DNA from: Longivirga aurantiaca
GTDB taxonomy: Bacteria; Actinomycetota; Actinomycetes; S36-B12; CAIYMF01
Reading direction: 5' to 3'
DNA length: 32,000 nucleotides
NCBI RefSeq assembly: GCF_042660085.1
Contig: NZ_JBHSTI010000008.1
Coordinates: forward strand, 720,001 to 752,000
A program made the translations under genes and the position numbers. The notes beneath the pieces are model-generated. The model ran no database searches and was not told where the DNA came from. It worked only from the letters and a program-made list of their open reading frames with translations. Position 1 is the first letter of the stretch; each line of letters opens with the position of its first letter. Below are positions 1 to 13,630 of the stretch, piece after piece.

Positions 1-1
1 G

Positions 2-694
2 CTCTGGCTCGCGGTCGTGGTGGTCGTCGGCTTCTTCGTCCTCGCGTTCCGCAAGGCCAAGGTCGTCCCCGGCCGGGTGCAGGGCCTCGCCGAGTACGGC
101 TACTTCTTCGTGCGCGACGGCATCGCCCGCGACACGATCGGCAAGGAGGGCGACCGCTTCGTCCCCTTGCTGTTCTCGTTCTTCTTCTTCATCTGGATGA
201 ACAACCTCTGGGGCATCATCCCGTTCGCCCAGATCCCGGTGACGAGCAAGTTCGCCATCCCCGTGGCGTTCGCCGCGATCGTCTACCTCGCGTGGGTGCC
301 GCTCGGCGTCAAGCGCCAGGGCCTGCTGCCGTTCTTCAAGGGCATGACAATGCCGCGCGACGTGCCCAAGGTGATGTACGTCCTGCTGATCCCGATCGAG
401 ATCCTGTCGAACTTCATCGTGCGGCCGTTCACGCACGCGGTCCGTCTGTTCGCGAACATGTTCGCGGGCCACATGCTCCTCGCGACCTTCTCGATCGCCG
501 CCTGGTACCTCTTCCCGGTCAACCTCTTCTCCGAGCCGAGCGGCGTCGCCGTCATCGGGCTCCTCGGCTCGGCGGCCTCGACCGTGGTCACCGTGGCGCT
601 CACCGGGTTCGAGATGGGCATCCAGGCACTTCAGGCGTACGTCTTCACCCTGCTCGCCGCCGTCTACCTGAGCGACTCGGTGAACGCGCACTAG
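2..694 (+). CDS. atpB: ATP synthase F0 subunit a (5'-truncated by window edge)
   Basis: Frame is open to the window start. Contains hydrophobic helices and the subunit a motif PFTHAVRLFANMFAGHMLL, and is followed by atpE. Confidence 0.97.
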   Translation, partial: LWLAVVVVVGFFVLAFRKAKVVPGRVQGLAEYGYFFVRDGIARDTIGKEGDRFVPLLFSFFFFIWMNNLWGIIPFAQIPVTSKFAIPVAFAAIVYLAWVPLGVKRQGLLPFFKGMTMPRDVPKVMYVLLIPIEILSNFIVRPFTHAVRLFANMFAGHMLLATFSIAAWYLFPVNLFSEPSGVAVIGLLGSAASTVVTVALTGFEMGIQALQAYVFTLLAAVYLSDSVNAH

Positions 695-751
695 ACCAGC
701 ACCACCTGCTCCACGCTCGACCCAGGCTCGAACCACAGCTCCACTCCATGA

Positions 752-1021
<270 letters not shown>

Positions 1022-1067
1022 TCGTCGCTCTCCGAGCTGAACGACCAACCATCCGAAGGGTGAACCT

Positions 1068-1610
1068 GTGAACCTCCTTGCAGCCTCCGAGGCACCGAAA
1101 GTCCTCGGCGTCCCTCTCGACGAGCTGGTGCTGGGGCTCTTCGCGTTCTTCGTCGTGCTCTGGGCGCTGAACAAGTTCGCGTTCCCCGGCATCAAGAAGG
1201 CGCTCGACGAGCGCAGCGCGGCCATCGAAGGCGGCATCGCCCGCTCCGAGGAGCGCGAGGCGCAGGCTCAGGCGCTGCTCGAGCAGTACCAGGCCCAGCT
1301 GGCCGAGGCCCGCACCGAGGCCGCCCAGATCCGGGCCCAGGCGCAGGCGGACAAGACGGCCATCATCGACGAGGCCCGTCGCGAGGCCACCGAGGCGGCA
1401 GCTGCCGTCACGGCTCGCGCCGAGGCAGCCATCGCCGCGGAGCGGGCGTCCACGGTCGCGTCGCTGCGCCGCGAGGTCGGAACCCTGGCCGTGTCGCTGG
1501 CCGGCAAGGTCGTGGGGGAGTCCCTCGAGGACGACGCCCGCGCCCGCGCCACGGTCGACCGGTTCATCGCCGACCTCGAGGCTGAGGCTGCGAACGGGGC
1601 GAACGCCTGA
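1068..1610 (+). CDS. atpF: ATP synthase F0 subunit b
   Basis: N-terminal TM followed by a long Ala/Glu-rich coiled coil. Operon position between atpE and atpH. Confidence 0.96.
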   Translation: MNLLAASEAPKVLGVPLDELVLGLFAFFVVLWALNKFAFPGIKKALDERSAAIEGGIARSEEREAQAQALLEQYQAQLAEARTEAAQIRAQAQADKTAIIDEARREATEAAAAVTARAEAAIAAERASTVASLRREVGTLAVSLAGKVVGESLEDDARARATVDRFIADLEAEAANGANA

Positions 1611-2419
1611 TGCTCGGTTCCTCCCGCCACTCCTTCGCCGCCCTGCGGACGTCGCTCGACGCCCGCAGCGGCGAGGCCGGCTTCGGCACGGTCGCCAGCG
1701 ACCTGCTCGCGGTCGCGGGGCTGCTGGGCCACGAGAAGTCGCTGCGCCAGACGCTGGCGGACTCCGGCCAGCCGGGCGACACCCGCGGTGCCATCGTGCG
1801 CGACCTGTTCGGCGGCAAGGTGTCCGACACCTCGCTCGCCGTGCTCGACGAGGTCGTGTCGGCGCGCTGGTCGAACGACGTCGACATGGTCGACGCCGTC
1901 GAGCAGCTCGGGGCGCAGGCGGCGTTCACCGTCGCCGAGGCCGACGGCTCGCTCGACCGCGTGGAGGAGGAGCTCTTCCGCGTCGGACGCGCCGTCGACG
2001 GCTCGGCCGAGCTCCAGATGGCGATCACCGACCCGTCCCTGGCCGCCGAGCACAAGACGGCGCTCGTGCGCGACCTCATCGGTGCCTCCGCGGCGCCCAC
2101 GACCACCGCCCTGGTGTCGTACGCCGCGGCCAACCTGCGCGGCCGCCAGCCGGCCGTCGCGATCGAGTCGCTCGCCACGCTCGCCGCCGACCAGCGCCAG
2201 CGCCTGCTCGCCGAGGTGCGCAGCGCTGTCCCGCTCAACCCCGAGCAGGTCGGCCGCCTCGCGGCCGCCCTCTCGACGCTGCAGGGCCGCGACGTGCGGC
2301 TCAACGTGATCGTCGACCCCGAGGTCGTCGGAGGCATCGTGGTCCGGGTGGGCGACGACGTCATCGACGGCAGCGTGGCGAGCCGCTTCGAGCAGGCCCG
2401 TCGCGCGGTCACCGCCTAG
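1610..2419 (+). CDS. atpH: ATP synthase F1 subunit delta
   Basis: Delta/OSCP-like sequence, with the C-terminal motif [34 protein letters not shown]. Start overlaps the atpF stop by 1 nt (TGATG). Confidence 0.96.
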   Translation: MLGSSRHSFAALRTSLDARSGEAGFGTVASDLLAVAGLLGHEKSLRQTLADSGQPGDTRGAIVRDLFGGKVSDTSLAVLDEVVSARWSNDVDMVDAVEQLGAQAAFTVAEADGSLDRVEEELFRVGRAVDGSAELQMAITDPSLAAEHKTALVRDLIGASAAPTTTALVSYAAANLRGRQPAVAIESLATLAADQRQRLLAEVRSAVPLNPEQVGRLAAALSTLQGRDVRLNVIVDPEVVGGIVVRVGDDVIDGSVASRFEQARRAVTA

Positions 2420-2499
2420 CACGCCCAGCACGCCCCAGGACCACAGACACCCGACAGCAGGCGCCGAGCCCGGCGCGTGGAACGAGAGAGCAGGCAACC

Positions 2500-4134
<1,635 letters not shown>

Positions 4135-4146
4135 GGTCAGGCCCCC

Positions 4147-5058
4147 ATGGGTGCACAGCAGAGGATCTATCGCCGACGGATCAAGACGGTCCAGTCGACG
4201 AAGAAGATCACCAAGGCGATGGAGCTCATCGCCTCGTCGCGCATCGTCAAGGCGCAGCAGCGGGTGGAGGCGGCACTGCCGTACACCCGCGAGCTGATCC
4301 GGGCGATCTCCGCGGCGGCCTCGCACACGGGCGGCGGCCACCCGCTGACCCAGACCGAGCAGCGGCTGCGCGAGCGTGCCGCGGTGCTCATCATCACCTC
4401 CGACCGCGGTCTCGCCGGCGCCTACAGCTCGGCGACGATCAAGGAGGGCGAGCAGCTCACCAGCCTCCTGCGCGAGCAGGGCGTCACCTCGGTGCCGTTC
4501 CTGGTCGGGCGCAAGGCGGTGGGCTACTACCGCTTCCGCGGCCGCGAGGTCGCCGCGTCGTGGACGGGGTTCAGCGACCAGCCGGACTACGGCCACGCCA
4601 AGGAGATCGCCGAGGCGCTGCTGCAGGCCTTCCTCACCCCGACCGAGGAGGGCGGCGTCGACGAGATCCACATCGTCTACACGCACTTCGAGAACATGGT
4701 CACCCAGACCGTGCGGGTACGGCGGGCACTGCCGCTCGAGGTCATCGAGCAGACGGCGGCGGAGGCGGCAGCTGCAGGGCAGGGGCCCTTCCCGCTGTAC
4801 GAGTTCGAGCCCAGCGGTGCTGCGGTCCTCGACTCGCTGCTCCCGAAGTACATCGAGAACGTCGTGTTCTCGGCGCTGCTCCTCGGCGCCGCGTCCGAGC
4901 ATGCTGCCCGTCGTCGCGCCATGAAGGCCGCGACCGACAACGCTGAGGAGCTCATCAAGACCCTCAGCCGCCAGGCGAACCAGGCGCGCCAGGCAGAGAT
5001 CACCCAAGAGATCAGCGAGATCGTCGGCGGCGCCGACGCGCTGTCGGCATCGGCATAG
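4147..5058 (+). CDS. atpG: ATP synthase F1 subunit gamma
   Basis: RRIKTVQSTKKITKAMELI N-terminus, C-terminal MKAATDNAEELIKTLSRQANQARQAEITQEISEIVGG. Confidence 0.98.
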   Translation: MGAQQRIYRRRIKTVQSTKKITKAMELIASSRIVKAQQRVEAALPYTRELIRAISAAASHTGGGHPLTQTEQRLRERAAVLIITSDRGLAGAYSSATIKEGEQLTSLLREQGVTSVPFLVGRKAVGYYRFRGREVAASWTGFSDQPDYGHAKEIAEALLQAFLTPTEEGGVDEIHIVYTHFENMVTQTVRVRRALPLEVIEQTAAEAAAAGQGPFPLYEFEPSGAAVLDSLLPKYIENVVFSALLLGAASEHAARRRAMKAATDNAEELIKTLSRQANQARQAEITQEISEIVGGADALSASA

Positions 5059-6510
<1,452 letters not shown>

Positions 6511-6512
6511 CC

Positions 6513-6929
6513 ATGGCAGAGCTCAACGTCAGCCTCGTCGCGGTCGACCGCAAGATCTGGTCGGGGACGGCGACGATGGTGGTCGCCAAGACCCTCGAGG
6601 GCGAGATCGGCATCCTGCCCCGGCACGAGCCCGTGCTCGCGCTGCTGGCGAACAGCCCGGTCCGCATCACCACGACCGAGGGCAACGTCATCTCGGCCGC
6701 GGTGCACGGCGGGTTCTTCTCGGTCGACTCGGACAACGTCTCGATCCTCGCCGAGAGCGCCGAGCTGTCGGGCGAGATCGACGTCGACCGTGCGCGGCTC
6801 GCTCTCGAGCGGGCCAAGGCGGCCGGGGCCGACACCGCCGACGAGATGGCAGCCATCGAGCGCGCCGAGGTGCGCCTGAAGGTCGCCCTCGCCGAGCAGC
6901 ACAAGGAGCACGCGGCCGGCGGCCGCTGA
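6513..6929 (+). CDS. atpC: ATP synthase F1 subunit epsilon
   Basis: [16 protein letters not shown] motif, directly downstream of atpD. Confidence 0.97.
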   Translation: MAELNVSLVAVDRKIWSGTATMVVAKTLEGEIGILPRHEPVLALLANSPVRITTTEGNVISAAVHGGFFSVDSDNVSILAESAELSGEIDVDRARLALERAKAAGADTADEMAAIERAEVRLKVALAEQHKEHAAGGR

Positions 6930-6951
6930 CATCCAGCACGCACAGCACGTC

Positions 6952-6985
6952 AGAACGGCCGGTCCCGCAGGGGGCCGGCCGTTCT
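6952..6985 (+). terminator. Hairpin terminator of the atp operon
   Basis: agaacggccggtccc-gcag-ggggccggccgttct. 15-bp stem with one G:U-compatible mismatch and a 4-nt loop, 22 nt after the atpC stop. Confidence 0.85.
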
Positions 6986-7150
6986 GCTGTTGCCGCCGTG
7001 AAGGGGGCTCCGGCGTCCTTCTGGGCCGGGTTCCTCCGCCGGCCCTGTCGGACTGGAGCGACTGCATCCCGCCGGGGTCGAGCACGAGTGGGACGACGTG
7101 CTGCGCCAGGTCGCGGCCGCCCTGGCTGCGACGGGTGGCGAGGCGCTGGT

Positions 7151-7726
7151 CTAGCGCTCGCCGCCCGGCTTCCAGAGCACGTCGCCGCCCGCGGACAGGT
7201 TCGCGTGGCGCGCGAGGATGAACAGCAGGTCGGAGAGGCGGTTCAGGTACGTCGCCGTCAGCTCGTTCATGGTGGCGCCGTGCACCTCGAGCGCGGCCCA
7301 GGCCTGCCGCTCGGCGCGGCGCACGACGGTGCGGGAGACGTGCAGCAGGGCCGATCCCGGCGTGCCGCCCGGCAGGATGAACGAGCGCAGGGCCTCGAGC
7401 TGCTCGTTGTACTCGTCGCAGGCCGCCTCGAGGCGCTCGACGTAGTCGGGGAGCACGCGCAGCGGGGGGTACTCGGGGGCCGGCACGATCGGGGTGCACA
7501 GGTCGGCGCCGACGTCGAAGAGGTCGTTCTGGATGCGCGTCAGGAGAGCCACGACGTCGTCGGAGAGGCTTCCCAGGGCGATCGCCACGCCGATCGAGGA
7601 GTTGGCCTCGTCGGTGTCGGCGTACGCCAGGAGGCGCGCGTCGTTCTTGCTCACCCGGGACAGGTCGCCGAGGGCCGTGGTTCCGTGGTCGCCGGTGCGT
7701 GTGTAGATGCGGGTGAGGTTGACCAT
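7151..7726 (-). CDS. PduO-type cob(I)yrinic acid a,c-diamide / cob(I)alamin adenosyltransferase
   Basis: [16 protein letters not shown]-terminus, [46 protein letters not shown]. Confidence 0.96.
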   Translation of the reverse strand: MVNLTRIYTRTGDHGTTALGDLSRVSKNDARLLAYADTDEANSSIGVAIALGSLSDDVVALLTRIQNDLFDVGADLCTPIVPAPEYPPLRVLPDYVERLEAACDEYNEQLEALRSFILPGGTPGSALLHVSRTVVRRAERQAWAALEVHGATMNELTATYLNRLSDLLFILARHANLSAGGDVLWKPGGER

Positions 7727-7833
7727 GTCGCGAGCCTATCCGTGCGGGTTCGGGACGGCCTCCCGCAGCGTGGGCGGCTGATCGCGTACCGGCTGGTAAC
7801 CGATGGGCCGCCGGACGGCCTATCCTCGGGGCC

Positions 7834-9096
7834 GTGGAGGCCTTCCGGATCGTGGGTGGGGCCCGGCTGGCCGGCGAGGTGCGGGTCACCGGGGCCAAGA
7901 ACAGCGTGCTCAAGCTGATGGCGGCCTCGCTGCTGGCCGAGGGCACCAGCGTGCTGCACGAGGTGCCGGACATCCTCGACGTCGAGTACATGGCCGAGCT
8001 GCTGCGCCGCCTCGGCTGCGACGTCGTCCGCGACCGGGCCACCCGCTCGGTCAGCATCACCGTGCCCGAGGTGCCGCACCACAAGGCCGACTACGACCTC
8101 GTCCGCAAGCTCCGCGCGTCGATCAACGTGCTCGGCCCGCTGCTCGCCCGCTGCGGCGAGGCCGACGTCGCCCTCCCGGGCGGCGACAACATCGGCAGCC
8201 GCGGCCTCGACATGCACATCGCCGGCCTCGAGCGGCTCGGCGCCACCGTGCGCAGCGAGCACGGCTTCCTCATCGCCACCCGCGACGAGCGCCTGCACGG
8301 CGCGACGGTCTGGCTCGACTTCCCGAGCGTGGGCGCCACCGAGAACCTGCTCATGGCCTCGGTGCTCGCCAAGGGCACGACCGTGATCGACAACGCCGCT
8401 CGCGAGCCCGAGATCGTCGACATCTGCACGATGCTGCAGAAGATGGGCGGCCAGATCGAGGGGGTCGGTACGTCGACCCTCGTGATCGAGGGCGTCGAGG
8501 CGCTGTCGCCCACCGAGCACACCACCGTGCCCGACCGCCTCGTGGTCGGCACCTGGGCTGTCGGTGCGGTCATGACGCGCGGCGACATCACGATCCACAA
8601 CGCCGTCGCGGCTCATCTCGAGATCGCCCTCGACAAGCTCGTCCGCGCGGGCGCCATCGTCGACGAGGTGCCGGACGGCTTCCGGGTCGCGTGCCACGAC
8701 CGGCCGCGCGCGGTCGACGTCGTCACGCTGCCCTACCCGGGCTTCCCGACCGACCTGCAGCCGCAGTTCATCGCGCTCAACTCGATCGCGCACGGCTCGG
8801 CGATGGTGACCGAGAACCTCTTCGAGGCGCGGTTCCGCTTCGTCAACGAGATGGTCCGCCTCGGCGCCGACGTCCGCACCGACGGGCACCACGCGATGGT
8901 GCGCGGCCGCCAGAGCCTCTCGGGCGCGCCCGTCGAGGCGGCCGACATCCGCGCGGGTGCTGGTCTCGTGCTCGCGGGCCTCGTGGCCGAGGGCTGCACC
9001 ACCGTGTACGAGCCGCACCACGTCGACCGCGGGTACGACGGCTTCATCGACGACCTCGTGCGCCTCGGCGCCGACGTCTCGCGCGTCGACGTCTGA
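7834..9096 (+). CDS. murA: UDP-N-acetylglucosamine 1-carboxyvinyltransferase
   Basis: [85 protein letters not shown]. Confidence 0.96.
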   Translation: MEAFRIVGGARLAGEVRVTGAKNSVLKLMAASLLAEGTSVLHEVPDILDVEYMAELLRRLGCDVVRDRATRSVSITVPEVPHHKADYDLVRKLRASINVLGPLLARCGEADVALPGGDNIGSRGLDMHIAGLERLGATVRSEHGFLIATRDERLHGATVWLDFPSVGATENLLMASVLAKGTTVIDNAAREPEIVDICTMLQKMGGQIEGVGTSTLVIEGVEALSPTEHTTVPDRLVVGTWAVGAVMTRGDITIHNAVAAHLEIALDKLVRAGAIVDEVPDGFRVACHDRPRAVDVVTLPYPGFPTDLQPQFIALNSIAHGSAMVTENLFEARFRFVNEMVRLGADVRTDGHHAMVRGRQSLSGAPVEAADIRAGAGLVLAGLVAEGCTTVYEPHHVDRGYDGFIDDLVRLGADVSRVDV

Positions 9097-9102
9097 CGCG
9101 CC

Positions 9103-9423
9103 CTAGAGGCGCTCGATCAGGGCGCGCGCCCGGTCCTCGTCGTCGGGGAACACCATCACGCGCGGGCCGGACAGCGTCTGGGTGAGCGTCGCGCGGACAC
9201 CGGCGTCCTCCAGCGTGCGGCGCATGATCTCGCCCTCGACGTACGTGCCGGGGCTGGCTACGGGCACGAGGAGCCCGTACTCGTCGTCGGCGCCCGGCTT
9301 GGGCTTCCTGGCCACGACCGAGACACCGGTGCGGAAGGTCCAGCGCAGGAGCAGCACGAGGACCCCGACGCCCGCGAACGCGATCAGCGGACCCACGAGG
9401 AAGGACGCGCTGGTGCCGTTCAC
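9103..9423 (-). CDS. Small membrane-anchored protein, DUF2007-like C-terminal domain
   Basis: N-terminal TM segment, then EYGLLVPVASPGTYVEGEIMRRTLEDAGVRATLTQTLSGPRVMVFPDDEDRARALI. Preferred GTG start at 9423; the ORF is open further upstream. Confidence 0.65.
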   Translation of the reverse strand: MNGTSASFLVGPLIAFAGVGVLVLLLRWTFRTGVSVVARKPKPGADDEYGLLVPVASPGTYVEGEIMRRTLEDAGVRATLTQTLSGPRVMVFPDDEDRARALIERL

Positions 9424-9530
9424 CGGCCCATGGTGCGCCCTCCGGCCTCCCCTGGCCACCGCGGCGCCCCGGTACACCGGGGCCCTACTGTGGGGGAGTC
9501 AGTGAGCGGGCGATAACCGGAGGAACGGAC

Positions 9531-10382
9531 ATGGTTCAGCAGGTCGCCGTCATCGGTGCGGGCCTCATGGGCGGCGGCATCGCCCAGGTCGCGGCGCAGG
9601 CCGGGTACGACGTGATCCTCCGCGATGTCACGCCCGAGGCGCTCGAGCGCGGGCTCGGCGCGATCCGCACGTCGTACGACCGGTTCGTCGACAAGGGCCG
9701 CATGACGGCCGACGACCGCGACGCCGCGCTCGCGCGCATCACGCCCACCACCGACCTCGAGGCCGTGGCACCGGCCGACCTCGTGGTCGAGGCGGTGTTC
9801 GAGAAGCTCGAGGTCAAGGCCGAGCTCTTCGCCGAGCTCGACCGGATCTGCGGCGACGGCACCACGCTCGCATCGAACACCTCGGCCATCCCGATCACCT
9901 CGATCGCCGCCGCCACCTCGCGCCCCGAGCGCGTCGTCGGCACCCACTTCTTCTCGCCCGTGCCGATGATGAGGCTCTGCGAGCTCGTCCGCGGCTACAA
10001 GACCTCGGACGAGGCGCTCGCCGTCGCGCGGGAGTTCGCCGAGGGCGTGGGCAAGACCTGCATCGTGGTCAACCGCGACGTGGCCGGCTTCGTCACCACC
10101 CGTCTCATCAGCGCGCTCGCCATGGAGGCCGTCGCCCTGCTCGAGAGCGGGGTGGCGAGCGCGGAGGACATCGACACCGCGTGCCGCCTCGGCTTCGGCC
10201 ACGCGATGGGCCCGCTCGAGACGATCGACCTCACCGGCGTCGACATCATGCTGAACGCCGCGACGAACGTGTACCTCGACACCCAGGACGAGAAGTTCGC
10301 AGCGCCCGAGCTGCTGCGCCGCATGGTCGCCGCGGGCGACCTCGGCCGCAAGACCGGCCGCGGCTTCTACCCGCACGGCTAG
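9531..10382 (+). CDS. 3-hydroxybutyryl-CoA dehydrogenase (3-hydroxyacyl-CoA dehydrogenase family)
   Basis: Rossmann motif VIGAGLMGGGIAQVAAQAGYDV; SNTSAIPITSIAAATSRPERVVGTHFFSPVPMMRLCE; GPLETIDLTGVD; [12 protein letters not shown]. Confidence 0.93.
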   Translation: MVQQVAVIGAGLMGGGIAQVAAQAGYDVILRDVTPEALERGLGAIRTSYDRFVDKGRMTADDRDAALARITPTTDLEAVAPADLVVEAVFEKLEVKAELFAELDRICGDGTTLASNTSAIPITSIAAATSRPERVVGTHFFSPVPMMRLCELVRGYKTSDEALAVAREFAEGVGKTCIVVNRDVAGFVTTRLISALAMEAVALLESGVASAEDIDTACRLGFGHAMGPLETIDLTGVDIMLNAATNVYLDTQDEKFAAPELLRRMVAAGDLGRKTGRGFYPHG

Positions 10383-10392
10383 GAGGACGACG

Positions 10393-12384
10393 ATGCGCGA
10401 CAAGCCGTGGTTGATGCGGACGTACGCCGGGCACAGCTCGGCGTCGGAGTCGAACGCGCTCTATCGGCGCAACCTCGAGAAGGGCCAGACCGGCCTCTCG
10501 GTGGCGTTCGACCTGCCCACCCAAACCGGCTACGACCCCGACGACCTCCTCGCGCGCGGCGAGGTCGGCAAGGTCGGCGTCCCGGTGTCGCACATCGGCG
10601 ACATGCGGGCGCTGTTCGACGGCATCCCGCTCGACACGATGAACACCTCGATGACCATCAACGCCACGGCGATGTGGCTGCTGGCGCTCTACGCGACCGT
10701 GGCCGAGGAGCAGGGCGCGCCGTTCTCGGCGCTGTCGGGCACGACCCAGAACGACATCATCAAGGAGTACCTGTCGCGGGGCACGTACGTCTTCCCGCCC
10801 GGGCCGTCGCTGCGGCTGATCACCGACATGATCGCGTGGACCGTCACCGACGTCCCGAAGTGGAACCCGACCAACATCTGCAGCTACCACCTGCAGGAGG
10901 CCGGAGCGACGCCCGAGCAGGAGATCGCCTACGCGATGTGCACGGCCATCGCCGTGCTCGACGCCGTCCGTGACTCCGGCCAGGTGCCGGCCGAGCGCTT
11001 CGGGGAGGTCGTCGCCCGCATCTCGTTCTTCGTGAACGCCGGCGTGCGGTTCGTCGAGGAGATGTGCAAGATGCGCGCCTTCGTCCAGCTCTGGGACGAG
11101 CTCACCCGCGAGCGCTACGGCATCACCGACGCCAAGCAGCGCCGCTTCCGCTACGGCGTGCAGGTCAACTCCCTCGGGCTCACCGAGGCGCAGCCCGAGA
11201 ACAACGTGCAGCGCATCGTGCTCGAGATGCTGGCGGTCACGCTGTCGAAGGACGCCCGCGCCCGCGCGGTGCAGCTGCCCGCGTGGAACGAGGCCCTCGG
11301 CCTGCCGCGACCGTGGGACCAGCAGTGGTCGCTGCGCATCCAGCAGGTGCTGGCGTACGAGAGCGACCTCCTCGAGTACGACGACCTCTTCACCGGGTCC
11401 GTCGTCGTCGAGCAGAAGGTGGCCGATCTCGTCGCGAAGGCCAAGGCCGAGATCGACCGCGTGCAGGAGATGGGCGGCGCGGTTGCGGCCGTCGAGTCGG
11501 GCTACATGAAGGGCCAGCTCGTCGCCTCGCACGCCGCGCGGCGCGGCAAGGTCGAGAGCGGGGAGGACGTCGTCGTCGGCGTCAACATGTTCACCACCAC
11601 CGAGCCCAGCCCGCTGACGGAGAACCTCGAGACCGCGATCCAGTACGTCGATCCTGCCGTCGAGGCCGCCGCGGTCGAGCGCATCGCCGCCTGGCGTGCC
11701 TCGCGCGACGACGCTGCGGTCACGGCCGCGCTGGCCGAGCTGCGCCGCGTGGCCCGCACGACCGACAACCTCGTGCCCGCCACGCTGGCCTGCGCCCGCG
11801 CCGGCGTGACGACGGGGGAGTGGTCGTGGGCCCTGCGCGAGGAGTTCGGCGAGTACCGAGCGCCCACCGGCGTGAGCGGCGTCGTCGGCGTCGGGCCGCT
11901 CACGGGCGAGCTCGAGACCGTCCGCAGCGCCGTGGCGGCCACCGGCGACGAGCTCGGTGCGCACCTGCGGATGCTGGTCGGCAAGCCCGGGCTCGACGGC
12001 CACAGCAACGGTGCCGAGCAGATCGCCGTCCGCGCGCGCGACGCCGGCTTCGAGGTGGTCTACCAGGGCATCCGGCTCACGCCGGCCCAGATCGTCGCGG
12101 CCGCCGTGGAGGAGGACGTCGACGTCGTCGGCCTCTCGATCCTGTCGGGGTCGCACCTCGAGCTCGTGCCGATGGTGCTCGACGGCCTGCGCGAGGCCGG
12201 CCTGACGGACGTGCCGGTCGTGGTCGGAGGGATCATCCCCGAGGCCGACGAGCGCACGCTGCTCGAGTGGGGCGTGGCCGCGGTCTTCACGCCGAAGGAC
12301 TACGACGCGACCACGATCATGGCCCAGGTGCTCGACGAGGTCCGTGCTGCGAAGGGTCTGCCGCGGCTGCTCCAGCCGGCGTGA
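10393..12384 (+). CDS. meaA/ecm: B12-dependent acyl-CoA mutase, MeaA/ethylmalonyl-CoA mutase type
   Basis: Mutase domain starting DKPWLMRTYAGHSSASESNALYRRNLEKGQTGLSVAFDLPTQTGYDPD. C-terminal B12-binding motif GKPGLDGHSNGAEQ in the same 663 aa chain. SD taggagg upstream. Confidence 0.9.
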   Translation: MRDKPWLMRTYAGHSSASESNALYRRNLEKGQTGLSVAFDLPTQTGYDPDDLLARGEVGKVGVPVSHIGDMRALFDGIPLDTMNTSMTINATAMWLLALYATVAEEQGAPFSALSGTTQNDIIKEYLSRGTYVFPPGPSLRLITDMIAWTVTDVPKWNPTNICSYHLQEAGATPEQEIAYAMCTAIAVLDAVRDSGQVPAERFGEVVARISFFVNAGVRFVEEMCKMRAFVQLWDELTRERYGITDAKQRRFRYGVQVNSLGLTEAQPENNVQRIVLEMLAVTLSKDARARAVQLPAWNEALGLPRPWDQQWSLRIQQVLAYESDLLEYDDLFTGSVVVEQKVADLVAKAKAEIDRVQEMGGAVAAVESGYMKGQLVASHAARRGKVESGEDVVVGVNMFTTTEPSPLTENLETAIQYVDPAVEAAAVERIAAWRASRDDAAVTAALAELRRVARTTDNLVPATLACARAGVTTGEWSWALREEFGEYRAPTGVSGVVGVGPLTGELETVRSAVAATGDELGAHLRMLVGKPGLDGHSNGAEQIAVRARDAGFEVVYQGIRLTPAQIVAAAVEEDVDVVGLSILSGSHLELVPMVLDGLREAGLTDVPVVVGGIIPEADERTLLEWGVAAVFTPKDYDATTIMAQVLDEVRAAKGLPRLLQPA

Positions 12385-12396
12385 CAGGCTGGCCCC

Positions 12397-13026
12397 GTGC
12401 CTGCTGAGACCTCCCGCATCCTGCTCGTCCGACACGGCCAGAGCGAGGGCAACGTCGCCCGCGTGTGGACCAGTGCTCGCGGCGGCTTCCCGCTGACCGA
12501 GGTCGGGCACGAGCAGGCGCGTGCAGTGGCCTCGACCTTCGTGGGGCGCGACGTCGTCGCCGTCTACGGCTCGCCGCTCGTGCGCGCCCAGGAGACCGCC
12601 GCCGAGATCGCCGCGGTGCTCGGGCTGCAGCACGACGAGCTCGAGGGCGTGGAGGAGCTGCACGTCGGCATCCACGAAGGCGTGCACGACGACACCGTCG
12701 GCCCGGTGGCCGAGCAGGTGTTCGGCGCCTGGTGGCGCGACAACGACCTCTCGGGCGGGTTCGAGGGCGGCGAGACCGGGCTGGAGATCGCCGCCCGCAT
12801 GCGGGACGCGCTCGACCTCGTGGCCGACAGGCACGTCGGCGAGAGGTCCGTCGTCGTCTCGCACGGCGGCGCGATGGCCGTGGGCGTCATCTCGCTGTGC
12901 GATCTCGACGCGGCCTTCGTCGCGACGCACCTGCTCAAGAACTGCGACGTCGTCGAGCTCGAGCGCGAGGATGGCGCCTGGCTCTGCGCCTCCTGGGCCG
13001 GCGAGCGCCCGCCCCTGCGCGCCTGA
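12397..13026 (+). CDS. Histidine phosphatase family (phosphoglycerate mutase-like) protein
   Basis: LLVRHGQSEGN catalytic RHG and VVVSHGGAM second histidine motif. GTG start. Confidence 0.92.
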   Translation: MPAETSRILLVRHGQSEGNVARVWTSARGGFPLTEVGHEQARAVASTFVGRDVVAVYGSPLVRAQETAAEIAAVLGLQHDELEGVEELHVGIHEGVHDDTVGPVAEQVFGAWWRDNDLSGGFEGGETGLEIAARMRDALDLVADRHVGERSVVVSHGGAMAVGVISLCDLDAAFVATHLLKNCDVVELEREDGAWLCASWAGERPPLRA

Positions 13027-13038
13027 ACCGGCGCCGCG

Positions 13039-13437
13039 TCAGTCCTCGGCGGCCTTGACGGCGACGACAGGGCAGTCGGCACCGAGCAGGATGCGCTGCG
13101 ACGTGCTGCCCATGACGAACTTGCCGACCGCCGAACGCCGACGCAGCCCGATGACGAGGAGCTCGGCCCCGGCCTTGTCCACCGCGTCCAGGATCGCCTG
13201 CGCGACGTCCCCCGTGGGCGGGACCTGCCAGATCTCGGCGTTCAGCCCGAGGGCGGCGAAGCGCTCGGCGACGGCGTCCAGGGTCTGCTCGGCCGAGAAC
13301 GGCGAGTCGATGTCGGCCTGCGGTCGGGTCACGTTGAGGACGACGGCGTCCGTGGCCCGCAGCTGGGTCTCCTGCACGGCGACGGTCAGGGCGGCGTCGC
13401 CCTCGGGGGTGCGGACGTAGGCGAGCAGGACGGTCAC
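13039..13437 (-). CDS. Universal stress protein (UspA family)
   Basis: ELLVIGLRRRSAVGKFVMGSTSQRILLGADCPVVAV ATP-binding-type motif. GTG start at 13437. Confidence 0.9.
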   Translation of the reverse strand: MTVLLAYVRTPEGDAALTVAVQETQLRATDAVVLNVTRPQADIDSPFSAEQTLDAVAERFAALGLNAEIWQVPPTGDVAQAILDAVDKAGAELLVIGLRRRSAVGKFVMGSTSQRILLGADCPVVAVKAAED

Positions 13438-13630
13438 GGTTCCTCCGAGGGGCCGTTCGGTGAGCCTGAAGCCTCGCAGACCCGGCCTCGTCCCGCGCAC
13501 GGAACCGAGCCGGTGCTCGTTCGGCCCTGGTCGGGACCCGCGAAACGGATGCCGCCTCCCGGGGCGACGTGCGGCGCGAACGGTGTCCGGCGGGGCAGAC
13601 TCGACCTGTCTCGGGTCCGGGAGGGGAGCC

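Noticed and set aside
1268-2497. Minus-strand ORFs antisense to atpF/atpH (409 and 282 aa)
   Set aside because: Shadow ORFs with no recognisable motif, overlapping conserved operon genes.
10246-12930. 894 aa minus-strand ORF antisense to the mutase and histidine phosphatase
   Set aside because: Same codon-phase artefact. The + strand encodes a strongly conserved B12 mutase with an SD sequence.
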